Shown: positions 1 through 12,306 of the stretch, one piece after another
Layout: the number at the start of each line of letters is the position of its first letter
How positions within the stretch are numbered: the stretch's first letter is position 1
NCBI GenBank assembly: GCA_013265495.1
Contig: MU058198.1
Coordinates: 5,347,779-5,411,778, forward strand
DNA: 64,000 nucleotides
DNA from: Vicugna vicugna
Taxonomy: Eukaryota
Reading direction: 5' to 3'
Translations under genes and position numbers: made by a program
The notes under the pieces: generated by a model
Database searches by the model: none
What the model saw: the letters and a program-made list of their open reading frames with translations, nothing else
Told to the model about the DNA's origin: nothing

Positions 1-257
1 TTGGTAGAGAGACAGAGAGAGAGAGAGAGAAACACACAATTATTGTCTCTTCTCATTTCCAAATGCCCCATAAGGAGTTGAGAATCACTGCATAGGAAAG
101 AGAGTTTTGGAAGGAAAAATTAAAAAACAAAGGGAAAGAGGCAGTATGAGAGATGGAAAGGGAGACAGGGAGACAGAGAAAGTGAAGAGAGTCTTTGTGC
201 ATGAAAATCACTTATGAAGCAGACAAGATGGTTGTGAAAAAGATCACAGTATGAGAA

Positions 258-276
258 GTGTGTGTGTGTGTGTGTG
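258..276. repeat. (GT)n microsatellite
   Basis: About 9.5 GT units read directly. Confidence 0.9.
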
Positions 277-1500
277 CGCATCTATGCACAGGTAAGACTG
301 CCTAAGAATAGAAGAGATGATGGGGAAAGAAAAGCAAGAAATATGCAAAAAAAAAAAAGAGCATGAACAAGTGAGGAGAAAAGGCTTTAGAAATTCTGCG
401 TGTTAGCATGAGTGTGTCCGTGAACATGAGACAGACAGACGGAGGGAGGCAGAAGTTTCTGATGATATCATTTGAGCACGTGCACCCAGTCATTCCCAAA
501 CCAAATTCATTCCCGACTGTGTCCATTCCGTGAACCAGTGGGCCCCCTTTTATCTGGGGTGTGTCATGTTGTTGTTGAAGCAAGTTCGAACTGGGTTTTC
601 TGTCACTTTCTGATAAAACGATCCTGCTTAATAACTGTCATGTTCTTCCACAGAGCCATGCTGCTGCGTAAGTTGTTGTTTTTAACCCAGAATGTCTTTT
701 CTGCCTTGTCTAACTGACGCGCTCTTGTTTTCCATCTTTTAGGTGCCAATTCAAATGTCACCTCTTCAGTTAAACTTTCCCAGCATCTCCCAGGAAGTCA
801 TTTCCTCTTCCCTGTCCACCAGCATCTTAAGCAAACCTCTGATCCCATTGTGGTGTGTACATTGGTGTCCACATCGCCCATGTTGGTTTGAAGCCAGAGT
901 TAGTCTCATTGGCCTCTCTAACTCTTTCACCTTCTCCTGTTTTATCTGAAGCACAGAATCTGGTTAAGACTCACTGAAGAAGAGGTAGCTTAAAGAAACA
1001 GTCACAATATCTGGACATCACAGAAGATGGTCTATCAGGCTAATGAGAGCCCAGGAGCAACAAAAAGGGTCTACAGGAAAGTCTAACTTAAACTTTCATG
1101 AAGCCTGATTGGCAAACATTAACCCCAGTGCTGGTCCTGTGAGGAGCTGGGACCTGGCAGCCGAGTCCTCCAGTTCCTGTATCATTATCTAGGGTACCAG
1201 CATCAGACAGAACCTATCAGGGCCACTCTCTCAAAACCTCTTGCTCTAATATTCCTGATTACTGTATTTTGGGTTCAGATTTTGTCCTTCAGCTCCTATG
1301 CTTCTTAGGATGTGTAATCCACCAAGGCCTTGGACTTGGTCGTCCTTTTTTCAGGAACTCTGACTTGGTCAGTGCCCAACTTGACCCACATCCCTGTGTT
1401 CTCAGGATGGGAAGTAGAACAGGGAAGTCACTGTCCTCAGTGGCCATTGTCTACTTTGTCCACATCCTCTTCTAAGGTAGATTTTGGGAATTGAGTTAAA

Positions 1501-1750
1501 AAGAAGGTGGAGAGGGGTAAATTGGGAGTTCAGGATTTGTAAATACTAACTACTATATATAAAATAGATAAATAATAAATTCCTACTGTATAGCACAGGG
1601 AACTATATTCAGTACCTTGTAATGGCTTATAAGGAAAAAGAATAAGAGAAGGAATTTATACGTGTAGGACTGAATCACTACGCTGTACGCCAGAAACTAA
1701 CACAACATTGTAAATCGACTATGCTTCAATTAAAACAATAAAATAAAATA
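1501..1750 (+). mobile_element. L1 3' UTR fragment (cetartiodactyl/camelid type), 5'-truncated
   Basis: CTACTATATATAAAATAGATAA...CTGTATAGCACAGGGAACTATATTCA...CACAACATTGTAAATCGACTAT followed by an A-rich tail; similar to 16630-16868. Confidence 0.85.
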
Positions 1751-3213
1751 CTAAAGTATTTTAAATGATTTTAGAAAAGAATTTTAAAAAGTCATTATGG
1801 AGTCAACATGAGCAAAAGTGCCCATCTGCCTCAGTGGCCACTTAAGGACCACATGTGAGTCAAAGTTGAAAGGGACACTCACTATGTGAATGAATGAACA
1901 GAGGAAACCAATCAGTGTAGAGAAACTGTCAACAGGAAAGACTGAGATGCTTCAGTCCCAACAGCTCCTTTTTCTGAAAAGCTTGATCCATTGTGATTCC
2001 TGCCGTGATTCCGTGAGCCCCACCCCAAGCCACCTTGCCATAAAATGCAACACTTTCATGAGCAGTATTGAGAGTGTTTCTGCTCTTTAAAAACCAAAAG
2101 AACTGGGTCTGAAACTGTCAACAGTGTGGATTTTGTTCAGGTATCACTCTTCTTTTGGGGAAATGATGGTGATTATGGCAATAGGGCAGGTGGCAAGAGG
2201 GTAAACCTGGAGCCCAGGAAAGACCTATATACTCGTGCAGAATCAGATCTGGAGGAGATGGTCAATTTGCAAAGGCCAACTCTGGATTCTCTTCAAGGTT
2301 GATGACACATTGCGTCCCAAGGGTCCAGGAGTCTCCATCATCATTCTGAACCAGTGACAAGGCCCAGCGGTGAAAGAGCTGAGACCAAGCCGTCAGGAAC
2401 ATAACTGATTAAGAAGCCCAGAAAAATCTCATAGCATGTTTCTAATCCTCAAGCAGGTAGCAAATAAGAGACAGTTTAAGGCAAGAGGTATCAGTCCTTA
2501 TGATGGTAAAATTCACAGTAGAAGCGAGTTCTGGACAATAGGGCAGAGGCTAAAGCAGAATAACAACTCCTATAGCTAAAATGGTTGAGGACAGGGGGAG
2601 CTGTAGGAACAACATGACTGTTCTTTTATTAGGAGGTAGCTGAGCTGCCTTGGGCCAAAGTTGTTCATAAAGGATATTATGGATGCAGAACAAAGGATGC
2701 TCCCTGAGCCACCCAAGTCCAGAGTCTAGTTGAGTAAACTTAACACTGAGGTTCATCCATTCATAGGTCTCTGGCTCTGTTCCAGAAGCTAGCCCAGGAG
2801 TGAGCTTAGAGTGAAGAAAGGAGATGTTGATACACACTCAGGCTGACTAGGCAGGTTTGAACATCTACAAGCAAGAGAAAATAAAGCTCAACGTGTCTCA
2901 GCCTGCCTTGCCCTTTCTGGAAGATTCTGACAACTCTTCAAGAGCCTCAGCTTTCTGTAAGTAAAGATGAACCCACTATCAGAGCAAGAGTGCCATCAGC
3001 ATTGCCTGACTGCTGCCAGGTCCTGCCCTTTTCCGTCAGGAAAACAATGTTTCTGAGCCCAGAATGCAACTGGATGGATTAGTTTAACTTGCTAAAACCT
3101 TGGTTCGTGAGATTGTGCAATTTGAATTTTATAAAATGGAAAATTAATTTCTTAAGTTATTAGGACAGAAAAATTCAATAGGATTAATTCTCTCAGTTCA
3201 AAAATAATCAGAG

Positions 3214-3227
3214 GTCACCATGGCAAC
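3214..3227. promoter_or_regulatory. RFX X-box motif
   Basis: GTCACCATGGCAAC fits the X-box consensus GTHNYYATRRNAAC and lies in repeat-free sequence; function untested. Confidence 0.5.
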
Positions 3228-3760
3228 ACACATCAACGGAGCAATACACAGTGAATGAAACATTTCCCCATGTTTGGTTGTTTATTCAGGGCCTCTCTCC
3301 TCTCTGCCCTGGCGGCATTTGTGAGGGTGGCTGAATCCCCCAGCGTCTCTGTAACTAATGAGCGTGGGTCAGTTGGTCACATCCCAAGAAGCACCAGGAT
3401 AGAAGGTGAAGCCTGGCTTGGAAACAGAGTTTCATCTGGCTTACGTCCTTATCCCCGGGGGATTAGAGGGTAAGGTTTGGAGGACATACCAGCCATTTCT
3501 CAAAATTCACGAGGTGGCTGTGGAAATGAAACCAGCAATGGCAGAGTTTCAGGTCATTTACTGGATGCCAAATGCAACTCCTTGGAAACTGGAGAAAAAC
3601 AGGCTCAGAGCTTACGAAGAGGGATTTCAAGGTTGGATAGTTCTGGCTGGCTGATAGGAGAAGACCCAGGGACACTGATCCCCATTCCCATGTGATTTTT
3701 CTTGGACTGAACTGAGGCAGGAGAGGGTTTCTCTGGATCCGAAATTCTATTTTCGTGAAA

Positions 3761-4013
3761 GGCAGTGCGGCCGAGTTATTGAAAGCTTCTCCTCTGGAGC
3801 CAGCCAGTCTGGGTCTGGATGTTTAGCGCCACCACTTTCTGACCTTGGACAGTTCATTCCTCTGATGTTTGTTCTAATCACTTGTAAAACAGGTGTGGGG
3901 TGGGGTGGGGGGTGGGGCGGTAATGTTGGTTCAGTTCATTAGGTGGTTGCGCTCATTCCATTAAATACTGAATGTAAAACACTCAGCGTGCTGTCAGACA
4001 CGTGGTGAGCGCT
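3761..4013 (+). mobile_element. MIR SINE
   Basis: CTCTGGAGCCAGCCAGTCTGGGT...GACCTTGGACAG...TGTAAAAC...AATGTAAAACACTCAGC follows the MIR consensus order. Confidence 0.7.
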
Positions 4014-4919
4014 TGCTTCGCCTTCATACGAGAATGTAAACTGAAGGGATTTCTCAAACTTAGGATCTGAACAGGCAGAACGATCCAGAAAATGCAACTG
4101 GAAGATGCAAGTGTCATTCACGCCTTTCACTCCGCATGTCACTTACATCTAAACTACAGGATGCAAGCACACAATTGTACTGCTGTTAGGAAACACGGTG
4201 GTTTCAGTGTAATTCGCATCTCAGCAAATAACCTGGAGATCCCATTCACCCCCAAACACATTCTGAGTCATGAGAGTGATGTCTTGACCCTGCAGACTTA
4301 CTACGAACAGGGACAGGCTGAGCTCAGGTTGAGAAAGGAGACCTTCCCTTGCCCTTGTCCCTTGCCCCCACTGACCTGGCGCCTTATTCTTATTCTGTGG
4401 GCAGGCCTTCAGAAAGACTCAGAGCACGTGAAGGAAAAGTGGTGAGGCAACCAGAATCCAAATCAAATGAAGAGCAGTAGAAGGTACTAGACTCGATCAA
4501 CAATCAATTAATCAATTAGTCAATGGGTCTAGTTTGGCATAAATATATTACGGCTCAAAGAATTGTCGTGGAGAAAATGTAACGTACAAGGAGGGGGAAA
4601 TTTTAGACTTTTCTGCCCTGGTCTGGCCTCTACACACCTTCTTCTTGCTCTACACTTCCTGTCCAAAGCAGCAGGGGTTGCTCTTCCAATCAGTCTGTGT
4701 TTGCAGGTAGGTGGGCTCATTGTGCTGCAACAGGCACGGCTTATGCGTGATGCTCTTTCTTCTTCTCAGCACTCCTTAGGTCTAAATGCATAAGCTCAGT
4801 CAAGGATCCCATTGGGACCCTGTCATTCTCTTTCTGACTCGATATCAATGAATGGACAAGTCAATTCTGGGCTGCTTTGGGGACTTGGCCATGTCTCTCA
4901 TACAGAGACTCCGTGTGTG

Positions 4920-5417
4920 ACCTAGCATGATCCTGATAGGATGTAGAATTCCACTCAGATGGTTCAGATCTTTAATAAAGAGGTTATTCACGGAGGTGTG
5001 GGCAGGGCAAAGGGAATCCACAGGAGATAACGAGGCATAAAGGGGCTAGCAGAATGGGAAACCAGCACTGCCCCCCCAAGCCAGAAAGTGCAAGGTGAGA
5101 CAACAGTGTTATGGCATTCCACAGGACACAGTGCCACGGAGCAGGGGCTGCCCCTCAGGAGCCATAGATGGGCGGAACCTCGGCAAATCCCAAGGCACCA
5201 AAGCAGGGATGAAGCAGAGGAAAATACCTCAGTGTCTCTCTTCTCCCACTCTCTGAGCTCCTGCAAGTGCCTTTCCTTACTTGAACTCCACTGGCAGAGG
5301 GTCAGTAAGAGAGTCTGGGAGATGCTCTCCTGTAGGTCTGACCTCCTAGAGTACCAGGCATGGCGTGGAGAGCTGAAGAGTGGATGGGGAGGACAGGTGC
5401 AGGAAGACCAGCCGGCA
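4920..5417 (-). mobile_element. ERVL solo LTR, LTR33-like
   Basis: TTTAATAAAG...GGTGTGGGCAGGG...GGGGCTAGCAG...TAGGTCTGACCTCC; similar to the reverse complement of 46378-46903. Confidence 0.7.
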
Positions 5418-5466
5418 GTCTTACAAGAGGCTGTTTTTCTAATATTTCGATTCAGGGGAAGAAGGG

Positions 5467-6005
5467 CATGACGGTTAATCTTATACGTCAGCTTGACTGA
5501 GGGATGCCCAGATAGCGCATAAACATTGTTTCTGCGTGTGTCTATGAGGGTGTTTCCAGAACGGATTAGCATTTGAATCAGTCGATGAGGAAAGAAGATC
5601 CACCCTCCCAGATGCAGGTGGGCAGCATCCAACCTGTGAGAAGCCTGAATGGAACACGTAGGTGGACGAAGGGTGGGTTTGCTCTCTCTGCTTGAGTTGG
5701 GACATGCATCTTCTCCTGCCCTTGGACGTCAGATCTCCTGGTTCTTGGGTCTTCTGACTCAGCCTGGGGCTTACACCATCAGTGCCCTAATCCTTGGACG
5801 CAGGCTCAATTACACCGCTGGCTTTCTTGGTTCTCCAGTTTGCAAATGGCAGACTATGGGACTTACCAGCCTCTGTAACTGTGTGAGCCAACTCCTATAA
5901 CAAAACTATACACATATACATATCCATATGTGTGCATAGGTTTATTATACATAGTTACATATATATCCTATTGGTTCTGTTTCTCTGGAGAACCTTGAGT
6001 AATGA
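5467..6005 (+). mobile_element. ERVL solo LTR, MLT2B-like
   Basis: Starts TGACGGTTAATCTTATACGTCAGCTTGACT; internal GGATTAGCATTTGAATCAGT; ends TCCTATTGGTTCTGTTTCTCTGGAGAACC. Confidence 0.85.
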
Positions 6006-6250
6006 AGAAGGACATGGTGATGGGTTTGGAGAATCAAGGTCCTTTAGGCATAAGCTGAGTGATCCAACTCAGACTTTCAATGCAACAATTAGGGGACCTG
6101 GCGCTTGTGCAAATATTAACAAAATGCTCTTTTGATTACAATTGTGCATCTTGGTGGAGAAATTAGAGGGAAATACCATGTTTCAATTTGGGCACTCCTG
6201 GGTCCCTGATCATAAGCCATCCAATATCATTAAACCTAAACTCAATCCTA

Positions 6251-6490
6251 ACACAGTGGTTGGCAAGAATGCTAGCTGTCTAGTAAGAGATTGGCTTTTC
6301 CACGTATTAGCTGGGTGATCCAGGACAAGTCAACCTCTTAGTAGGTTCTCAGTTAACCTCTTTAAATCTTAGTTTCCTCATTGGCAGAGTGGCAAACCTT
6401 CACTGCACCAACCTCATATTGCTAATATGAGAATTGAAACAGAATAATAAAGGCAAAGTCTTAGGAAAGTGTCTGACACTTGGTAAATGG
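6251..6490 (+). mobile_element. MIR SINE
   Basis: TAGCTGGGTGATCCAGGACAAGT...AGTTTCCTCAT...GTGTCTGACACTTGGTAAATG. Confidence 0.65.
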
Positions 6491-6584
6491 TAGGATGAGT
6501 TGGAAGAGGAGGGGGAGAAATAGGAATAGGAAAAAAGAAAGACACAGAGAGCTAGAGAATTGAGCTGCTTAATTCCATAAGGAC

Positions 6585-6820
6585 CAAGGGATGGAAGTGA
6601 GACCAATGGGTTCAAGTTACAAAAAGGCAGGTTTTAGTTCAGTGTAAGGCTTCTGATTCCTACAAACTGTCTCAAAATGGGAAAGCCATGGGCTCCTTGG
6701 CAGGAAGCATGTTCCAGGGGAGACAGAGCAGTTTCTTTGTTAGGGATGTGATGGTGGCAGTTTCTGCCCTGGGTGGGAAACCGATTCAGTTAACCTCTCA
6801 GTTCAGTTCCCCTGACATTT
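6585..6820 (+). mobile_element. L3/CR1 LINE 3' fragment
   Basis: GACCAATGGGTTCAAGTTACAAAAAGGCAGGTTTTAGTTCAGTGTAAGG...TAGGGATGT...GGGTGGGA resembles the CR1/L3 3' end. Confidence 0.6.
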
Positions 6821-7140
6821 TTTTTCTGCAAAGCTTGGAGACTGAGACTAAACCGTTCCATAGGATGCTGTGTATTCCACAGAAGGCAATTCTCAGAAGA
6901 GCCTAAATATTTGGGTTCTGGGGGAAAACAGTCACAACTCATTTCTCACCAGGCACTTCCCTGGTGTGCTTCAAAGAGGGGTCACTCTGAATGGCACTGT
7001 AGTCAGAGGCTGAGGGTTGGGAGAATGAACAAGGACAGCTCGTTGGGGCCCTGGGACACTGAGAGCTCTGAAATGACAGGCTGGAGAGAGGGTCATTTGA
7101 AATGACATACAGAGCACTTTTCCACCCCAAAGCTGAAATC

Positions 7141-7338
7141 TGAAGACCAAAATGCCTGGGTTCAAATCCCTGCTCGATCATTTGCTAACTGCGTGAACTT
7201 TGGCATGTGTCAACTGGGTATAATAATAGTAGCCCTTTCATAGGGTTGTTGAGGTAATTACATGGGTCAATATCTGCAAAGCTCATCGAATAGCCCTGGC
7301 ACATAGTAAGTGCTGTATAAGTGTTTGTTAAATAAATG
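7141..7338 (+). mobile_element. MIR SINE
   Basis: CCTGGGTTCAAATCCC...ATAATAATAGTA...TCATAGGGTTGTTGAGG...CCTGGCACATAGTAAGTGCT. Confidence 0.85.
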
Positions 7339-7764
7339 CAAAGAATGAAATACACAGAGGGTCAGAGGAATATAAAGTAGGGAGACTGTGATGAATCTTT
7401 GGGGGGAGTGAGACAGGCAACCACACACCAGCTCCCGCCTACTCTTAACCATCTAGAAATGTTGGTATAATGCAGCTAAGTTTCTCAAGGTCTTAAAAGA
7501 AGCTGGAAACCCAGATTTTCTTTTCTGGGACTCCGTTTCTTCATCCAACAAATGGGTTTATTGCCTGTGGTATCTCAGCCTTGAGTGAAGCTCATGACAG
7601 GGTTTGCACAGTGACCCCCTTGCTCAAGAGGCTGGAGGGAGCCGGGCACTAGAGCATGTCCCTTGCTCTGCTCATGAGAGCAGGGTAGGGTTTCTAGGAA
7701 CCACACAGGCATTCTTTCTATTCAAAGACCATGGGAAGTTCTTTCCTGCCTCGGAGTATTGTGA

Positions 7765-8175
7765 GACAGGATAATTATCACCAGCTACTCTTATAAACAT
7801 CCCCCAGGAGCTGAATGACTCAGCACAATAAGGGTATTTCTTGCTCAGTCTCATCTCTGTCCCATAAAGTCAGTGGAGGAGGAGGCAGCGGCATGCCTTC
7901 AGGGGCTGAAGGGTTGTCAGAGGTTCTGTAGTCTTCAACATGTGGCTCCTGAGGGCTACATTAGCTGGTGATCCCAGGGGAACAGGAAGGAACATTGGAC
8001 AGATTGTAATGGCCAGCCCCGGAAATAGTGAATACCCTTTCCACCCACATGCCATTGGCCAGGACTCAGCAATGCAGTCCTGACCCACTGCAGGGGATGG
8101 GAGACAGAGTTCAGTGATGTGCGCAGGAAAGAGGAGAAACACAGATGTTGGTAAACACTAATGTTCTCTCCCACA
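7765..8175 (-). mobile_element. MaLR LTR, old MLT1 (K/L-like)
   Basis: TATTTCTTGCTCA...CCCACATGCCATTGGCCAGGACTCAG...CTGCAGGGGA...ending CCCACA. Confidence 0.65.
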
Positions 8176-8889
8176 GCGTCTTTGCCCTTACTGATCCCTC
8201 CCCATCTCGCTCCTCCTCCTCATTCAGCTCTAACCGTCCTTAACCGGAACAGCTCCTGTCAATAGGGACTCCCCACCTCTCACCGCCACATTCTTTATCA
8301 CTTCAGCCCCTTTCTTCACAGCTCTTAGCACATCCCGAAGTCATCAAATGTATTTGTTTCTTGCATATCACATGGTTCTGCCTCTGTTTCAATCATGAGA
8401 GCAGGAACCTTGTGTCTTGTCTGCCAGCAGACTTGTAAGTATCTACGACAGTGCGGCTGAGTTAATGGATTCAAAGTTCATTCCAATCACAGACAGCCCC
8501 ACAGGAGCCGGAGCCTCTCTGCTTCTGATCAAAGATTGAACAGACCTCTTAAAACCCGGCCCCCCACTGTCCAGCGCCCTGCTCTCGCCCAAAGTTTGCA
8601 TGCTGCTGGTTAACCACGGCAGCTGTTTCCCCAAGCCAGGCTTCCAGGCTAGATGGTGTCATCTGTTTTACCGCGTCGACCACGGCGTTTTCTTCTGTCC
8701 ACTCTGTCACTCTGGAATCAGCACAGAGGATTTTGAAATGTTTCTTCTGTTTCAGGTCTACTTGTTAAGCATCAGTGAGAAGAACTCGAAGGGGTTCAGA
8801 TATGTGGGCATGTGTGTGCATGTGCGTCCCCTTACAATTGTATGTTGGAACATGACTTTCAGGGGTGGAGGTAGTGATAAAGGCACTAT

Positions 8890-9270
8890 AAATCAGTTAT
8901 TTATGGCTGTGAAAACAAAGGAGTCCCAAATCCCAATGACTTGCAGTAGCAAGAGTTTATTTCTTGCTTACGCTGTACGTGGTTGGCTGTGGGTCGGCTT
9001 GGCTCCGTGTCATTTGTCTTCACATGGCAGGACCTGGGCTGAAGGAGCATCTGGGATGTGCCTTCCTGGTGCCAGAGGGAAAGCTCATACGAGAGTGTTC
9101 AACGCTCTAGCTTGCTGCTGGAATCTGGCCACTTCTCCCTTTCCATTGGCCAAAGCAATGCGTATGACCAAGTCTGACGTCCAAGGCAAGGGGAAATAGA
9201 CTCTTCCCTCGAGGCCAACACAAACGGCGCATCAGATGTCAAGGGGCAGAGAGGTACACCCCTCTCAGAG
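8890..9270 (-). mobile_element. MaLR LTR, old MLT1
   Basis: GTTTATTTCTTGCT...CCTGGGCTGAAGGAGCA...TTCCATTGGCCAAAGCAA...TGACCAAGTCTGAC. Confidence 0.7.
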
Positions 9271-9334
9271 CGAACAGTTGAGGACAACCATACAAGTATA
9301 CCGTGTTTTACGCAAATCTTAAGGTGGCTGTGTT

Positions 9335-9840
9335 TGCCAGACTGTGGTGTTGTTTCAGTTGTCACAAATGGAAAGTCAGCTCAGACAGGCTTAATTCTGA
9401 GAGAGGAGCTATGCCTGGCCTCGGCCGTGGCTGCTTGTAGCGTTGCATGTGTTGTCTGAACGCCTTCTGTTTCTGGGGTCTGTGTTTCTTCGGCCAGGGC
9501 TATTCTCAGATAAGCTCTCTCCATGATGTGGCCTGTTGGAACTTCAGCCTTATTGTCCTGTGAAGAAACTCCCCCAGATTTCAGCACAGATTCCGGAATT
9601 TGATCTCACTGGATCAACTGGAGTGACGTGACTGGACCTAAACCAATCATCAAGAACTAAAGGATGCGTGGATTATGCACAAATGAAGTATGTGTGGTTT
9701 ATGTAAGGACTTCTAGGTCCTGGGAGGGGCGGGGATGGTCCTCCCAATCTGAACAATATGGACTGAGATTGGGGGGGCCAATGGTAACCCCTATATAAAA
9801 CTAACATGCCTATAGTGGAAGATGGGTCACTGGGCAGTTC
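9335..9840 (-). mobile_element. MaLR LTR, old MLT1 (K/L-like)
   Basis: TTTCAGTTGTCACAAATGGAAAGTCAGCTCAGACAGGCTTAA...ATTCTCAGATAAGCTCTCTCCA...CCTAAACCAATCA. Confidence 0.6.
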
Positions 9841-10097
9841 TATTAGAATGGCTTTTAACAAATCTGTACATAAGTATGTCTCCGAACCAAGGAAAATATA
9901 AAATGGGTTGGAGAGTCAAGACCAACAGCTAAAAAAGAACACAAACAAGCAGTTCACGGGGGCTAATTAACCTGCCTTATTGGTGTTGAAAGTTTGACTC
10001 TGAACTTCTTGATGGTCATAGTAGCTTAACAAAATACACTGTCATCTTCTACTTATTTCTGCTACCAGAAGGGTAGCATAAATTAGATGCTCTAAAT

Positions 10098-10402
10098 CAG
10101 GAATTTTCAGAGCTTTTAGGTTGTGACCCAGAACACCCCCCCCACATACTTGTGTATGTATATATTTATATTTTTTACATATGCATGGGTAGATACAATC
10201 TGTATTTTTTAAAGAAATAATACTTAACACTCTGACATTTTCTATCCTATGTTGCCCTAACCTAGCCTAGTCTAGCTGACTCTGCCCTCTCCTATTTCAC
10301 ACTGTTCTATTTAATTTTTTTTCCCCTTAACCCAACTTGCAACCTATTAAAATGATCTCGTCACCTGCTCTTGGGTTGCAATCCACATTTTGAAAATCAG
10401 TG
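10098..10402. mobile_element. Non-autonomous hAT-Charlie-type DNA transposon
   Basis: Imperfect terminal inverted repeats CAGGAATTTTCA / TGAAAATCAGTG; subterminal inverted GGTTGTGACCCA / TGGGTTGCAATCC; flanks CTCTAAAT and GGCTAGAC resemble the NTCTAGAN target. Confidence 0.65.
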
Positions 10403-10529
10403 GGCTAGACATTGAAGGGAAGGTATTGACAGCACCTTTTGAAGATCTACTGAGTAACAGATGACAAATGAATGAGATCCATTCAGTCCAGACTGTAACT
10501 ATTTTGTGTTCTACTGTTACATACAATTA

Positions 10530-10870
10530 CGTGCACTAGGTACTGGGGTTGCAGTTATGAATAAAACTCAGTCCCTGGCTTTGAGCCCACCTCTCAGCAA
10601 AGGAGAGAGAGACCCTAACAGACAGGGACAATGGAGTGTGACAGCGCCTCCACTGAGCTGAGCCAAGTGCCGTGAACATAACAGATAAAAAGCCACTGGT
10701 GCTCCCAGGATGAAAGGTGGGAGAGGAAAAATACACCGAGGAGGTACCCGAAGAAGGATGTGAACGCTTCAGAGAGGGCTTCTCTGCCACCGGAGGCTGG
10801 CAAACCTTCAGACTGGAGCAGCCAGGGGTGGGAGAGGCAGGATGAAGGCAAGGTTACAGAGGAGATATTG
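10530..10870 (-). mobile_element. L2 LINE fragment
   Basis: CTAGGTACTGGGGTTGCAGTTATGAATAAAACTCAGTCCCTG is an antisense L2 3' region. Confidence 0.55.
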
Positions 10871-12306
10871 GAGGCTGGGAGCATTGAGTGGATCGAAGCT
10901 TCTCTGGCTTCTGCTCAGATTCCATGCTTTAGTTATTTTGTTTCGTTTCGGGTTTTGTTTTTCCTCTGTTCGCTGAGATTCAGGCCGAGATTAGGCAAGC
11001 ACCATGGTGTATGCTGACCAACCACCTTTCAGAGCAATCATGGGAAGCCACGGTGTGTGTTTGAGCTGGGAAAGAATTCTTCCAACAGCCTCCTCCGGCC
11101 ATAAATATAGAGAGGCTTTCTTTCTTCCTTTTCTTAACCTTTTTTTTTTTTGGTCCTTTAAGGGCATCACTCCTCATATTTTTACTACCAGCTATCTAGA
11201 TGATATTTCTACCTTTTTAATACTTTTCTAAGTCTTGTATTTAATGTGGAAATTCTAGGACACAATGCCCTAGAAATTGACACCTAATATGAAAATAAAA
11301 TCAGATCTTTTGCTTTAGGAATGTAGGGACACAAAGACAAGGGGGATTTTGTGAGCTCGTGGACTTTTGATATATGGAATGAAGACGATTGTGTCTGATT
11401 GCATCTGTAATGAACCCTCATAATTTTAGATTAGGGTTATGTGGACGTCCCAACTAATGGGCAGTAGATTGTGTGGGTATAATTCTAGTTTCTCATACTT
11501 TTTCTTCAATATCAATTACTTTGAATGCTTAAATAGCCAATTTCCCGAGATTTTTATTGTTCAATTTTCTTGTTACGTGACCGTCCCTCCCCCCAGGTTA
11601 GAGTTACAAAAGCAATGAGGTATGAGTTCTGGCAGCCCTGAAATGAGTGGTGCTGGGGAGCTCACATTCAGTGAGGGGATGGTTATGATTCCAAATGTCT
11701 GGAATATTCCATGACAAAGGCCGCCAGAGATTAGAGACTCAGATCTTTTCCCCAGCGCTCAGACAGAATTGGAAAAAGAAAAAATTAAAGACAGGTTTAA
11801 TTAACCTGCCAAAAAGAAAAAAAAAATCACAGAATGTCTGTGTGTGAGATTAAGAACAAATCTAATGATCAAAGAGATTGGAAAGAGGGATGGTTTTAGA
11901 AGGCATATTTCATATTCACTCAGCTAATATCACTGAATCTCCTTAGAATCAAATCATCAAATTATTTCAGCTTTGGGGTTCCTGCAGCTGGGAGATTTTC
12001 TGCAGGTGGAATCTGACTGAGATGAAGAGCCATGGTCATCACGCCTTGCCTCTAGTTCCCACGTGAATGCTCGGCTTGTGGTCATTCTGGTCCAGGGATC
12101 TCCTACAAAGTTCCCTCCAACCAGTGGTGGGGAGTCCAGGCAGAGGTCAGAGCAGAGATACAGCAAGAAAGTGAAGGTGAGGCCAAAGTAAAGAGAATTT
12201 GAATCACTCCCCGGTGGAAAGACAAGTGTAAGTGCTTGTGTGCATGAGTGTGTGTGCATGAGCGACTTGTGCATGGTGGGGGTGTCGGGGATGTGGCTGA
12301 GCATGT

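Noticed and set aside
4496..4524. (AATCAATT)-like tandem as a PBX/HOX array
   Set aside because: Cannot be distinguished from a decayed simple repeat or L2 tail
4988..5632. Longest ORF in the window (214 aa, minus strand)
   Set aside because: Spans LTR33 and MLT2 LTR remnants; no recognisable domain
8600..9199. 199-aa ORF
   Set aside because: Second half lies in an antisense MLT1 LTR; no recognisable protein
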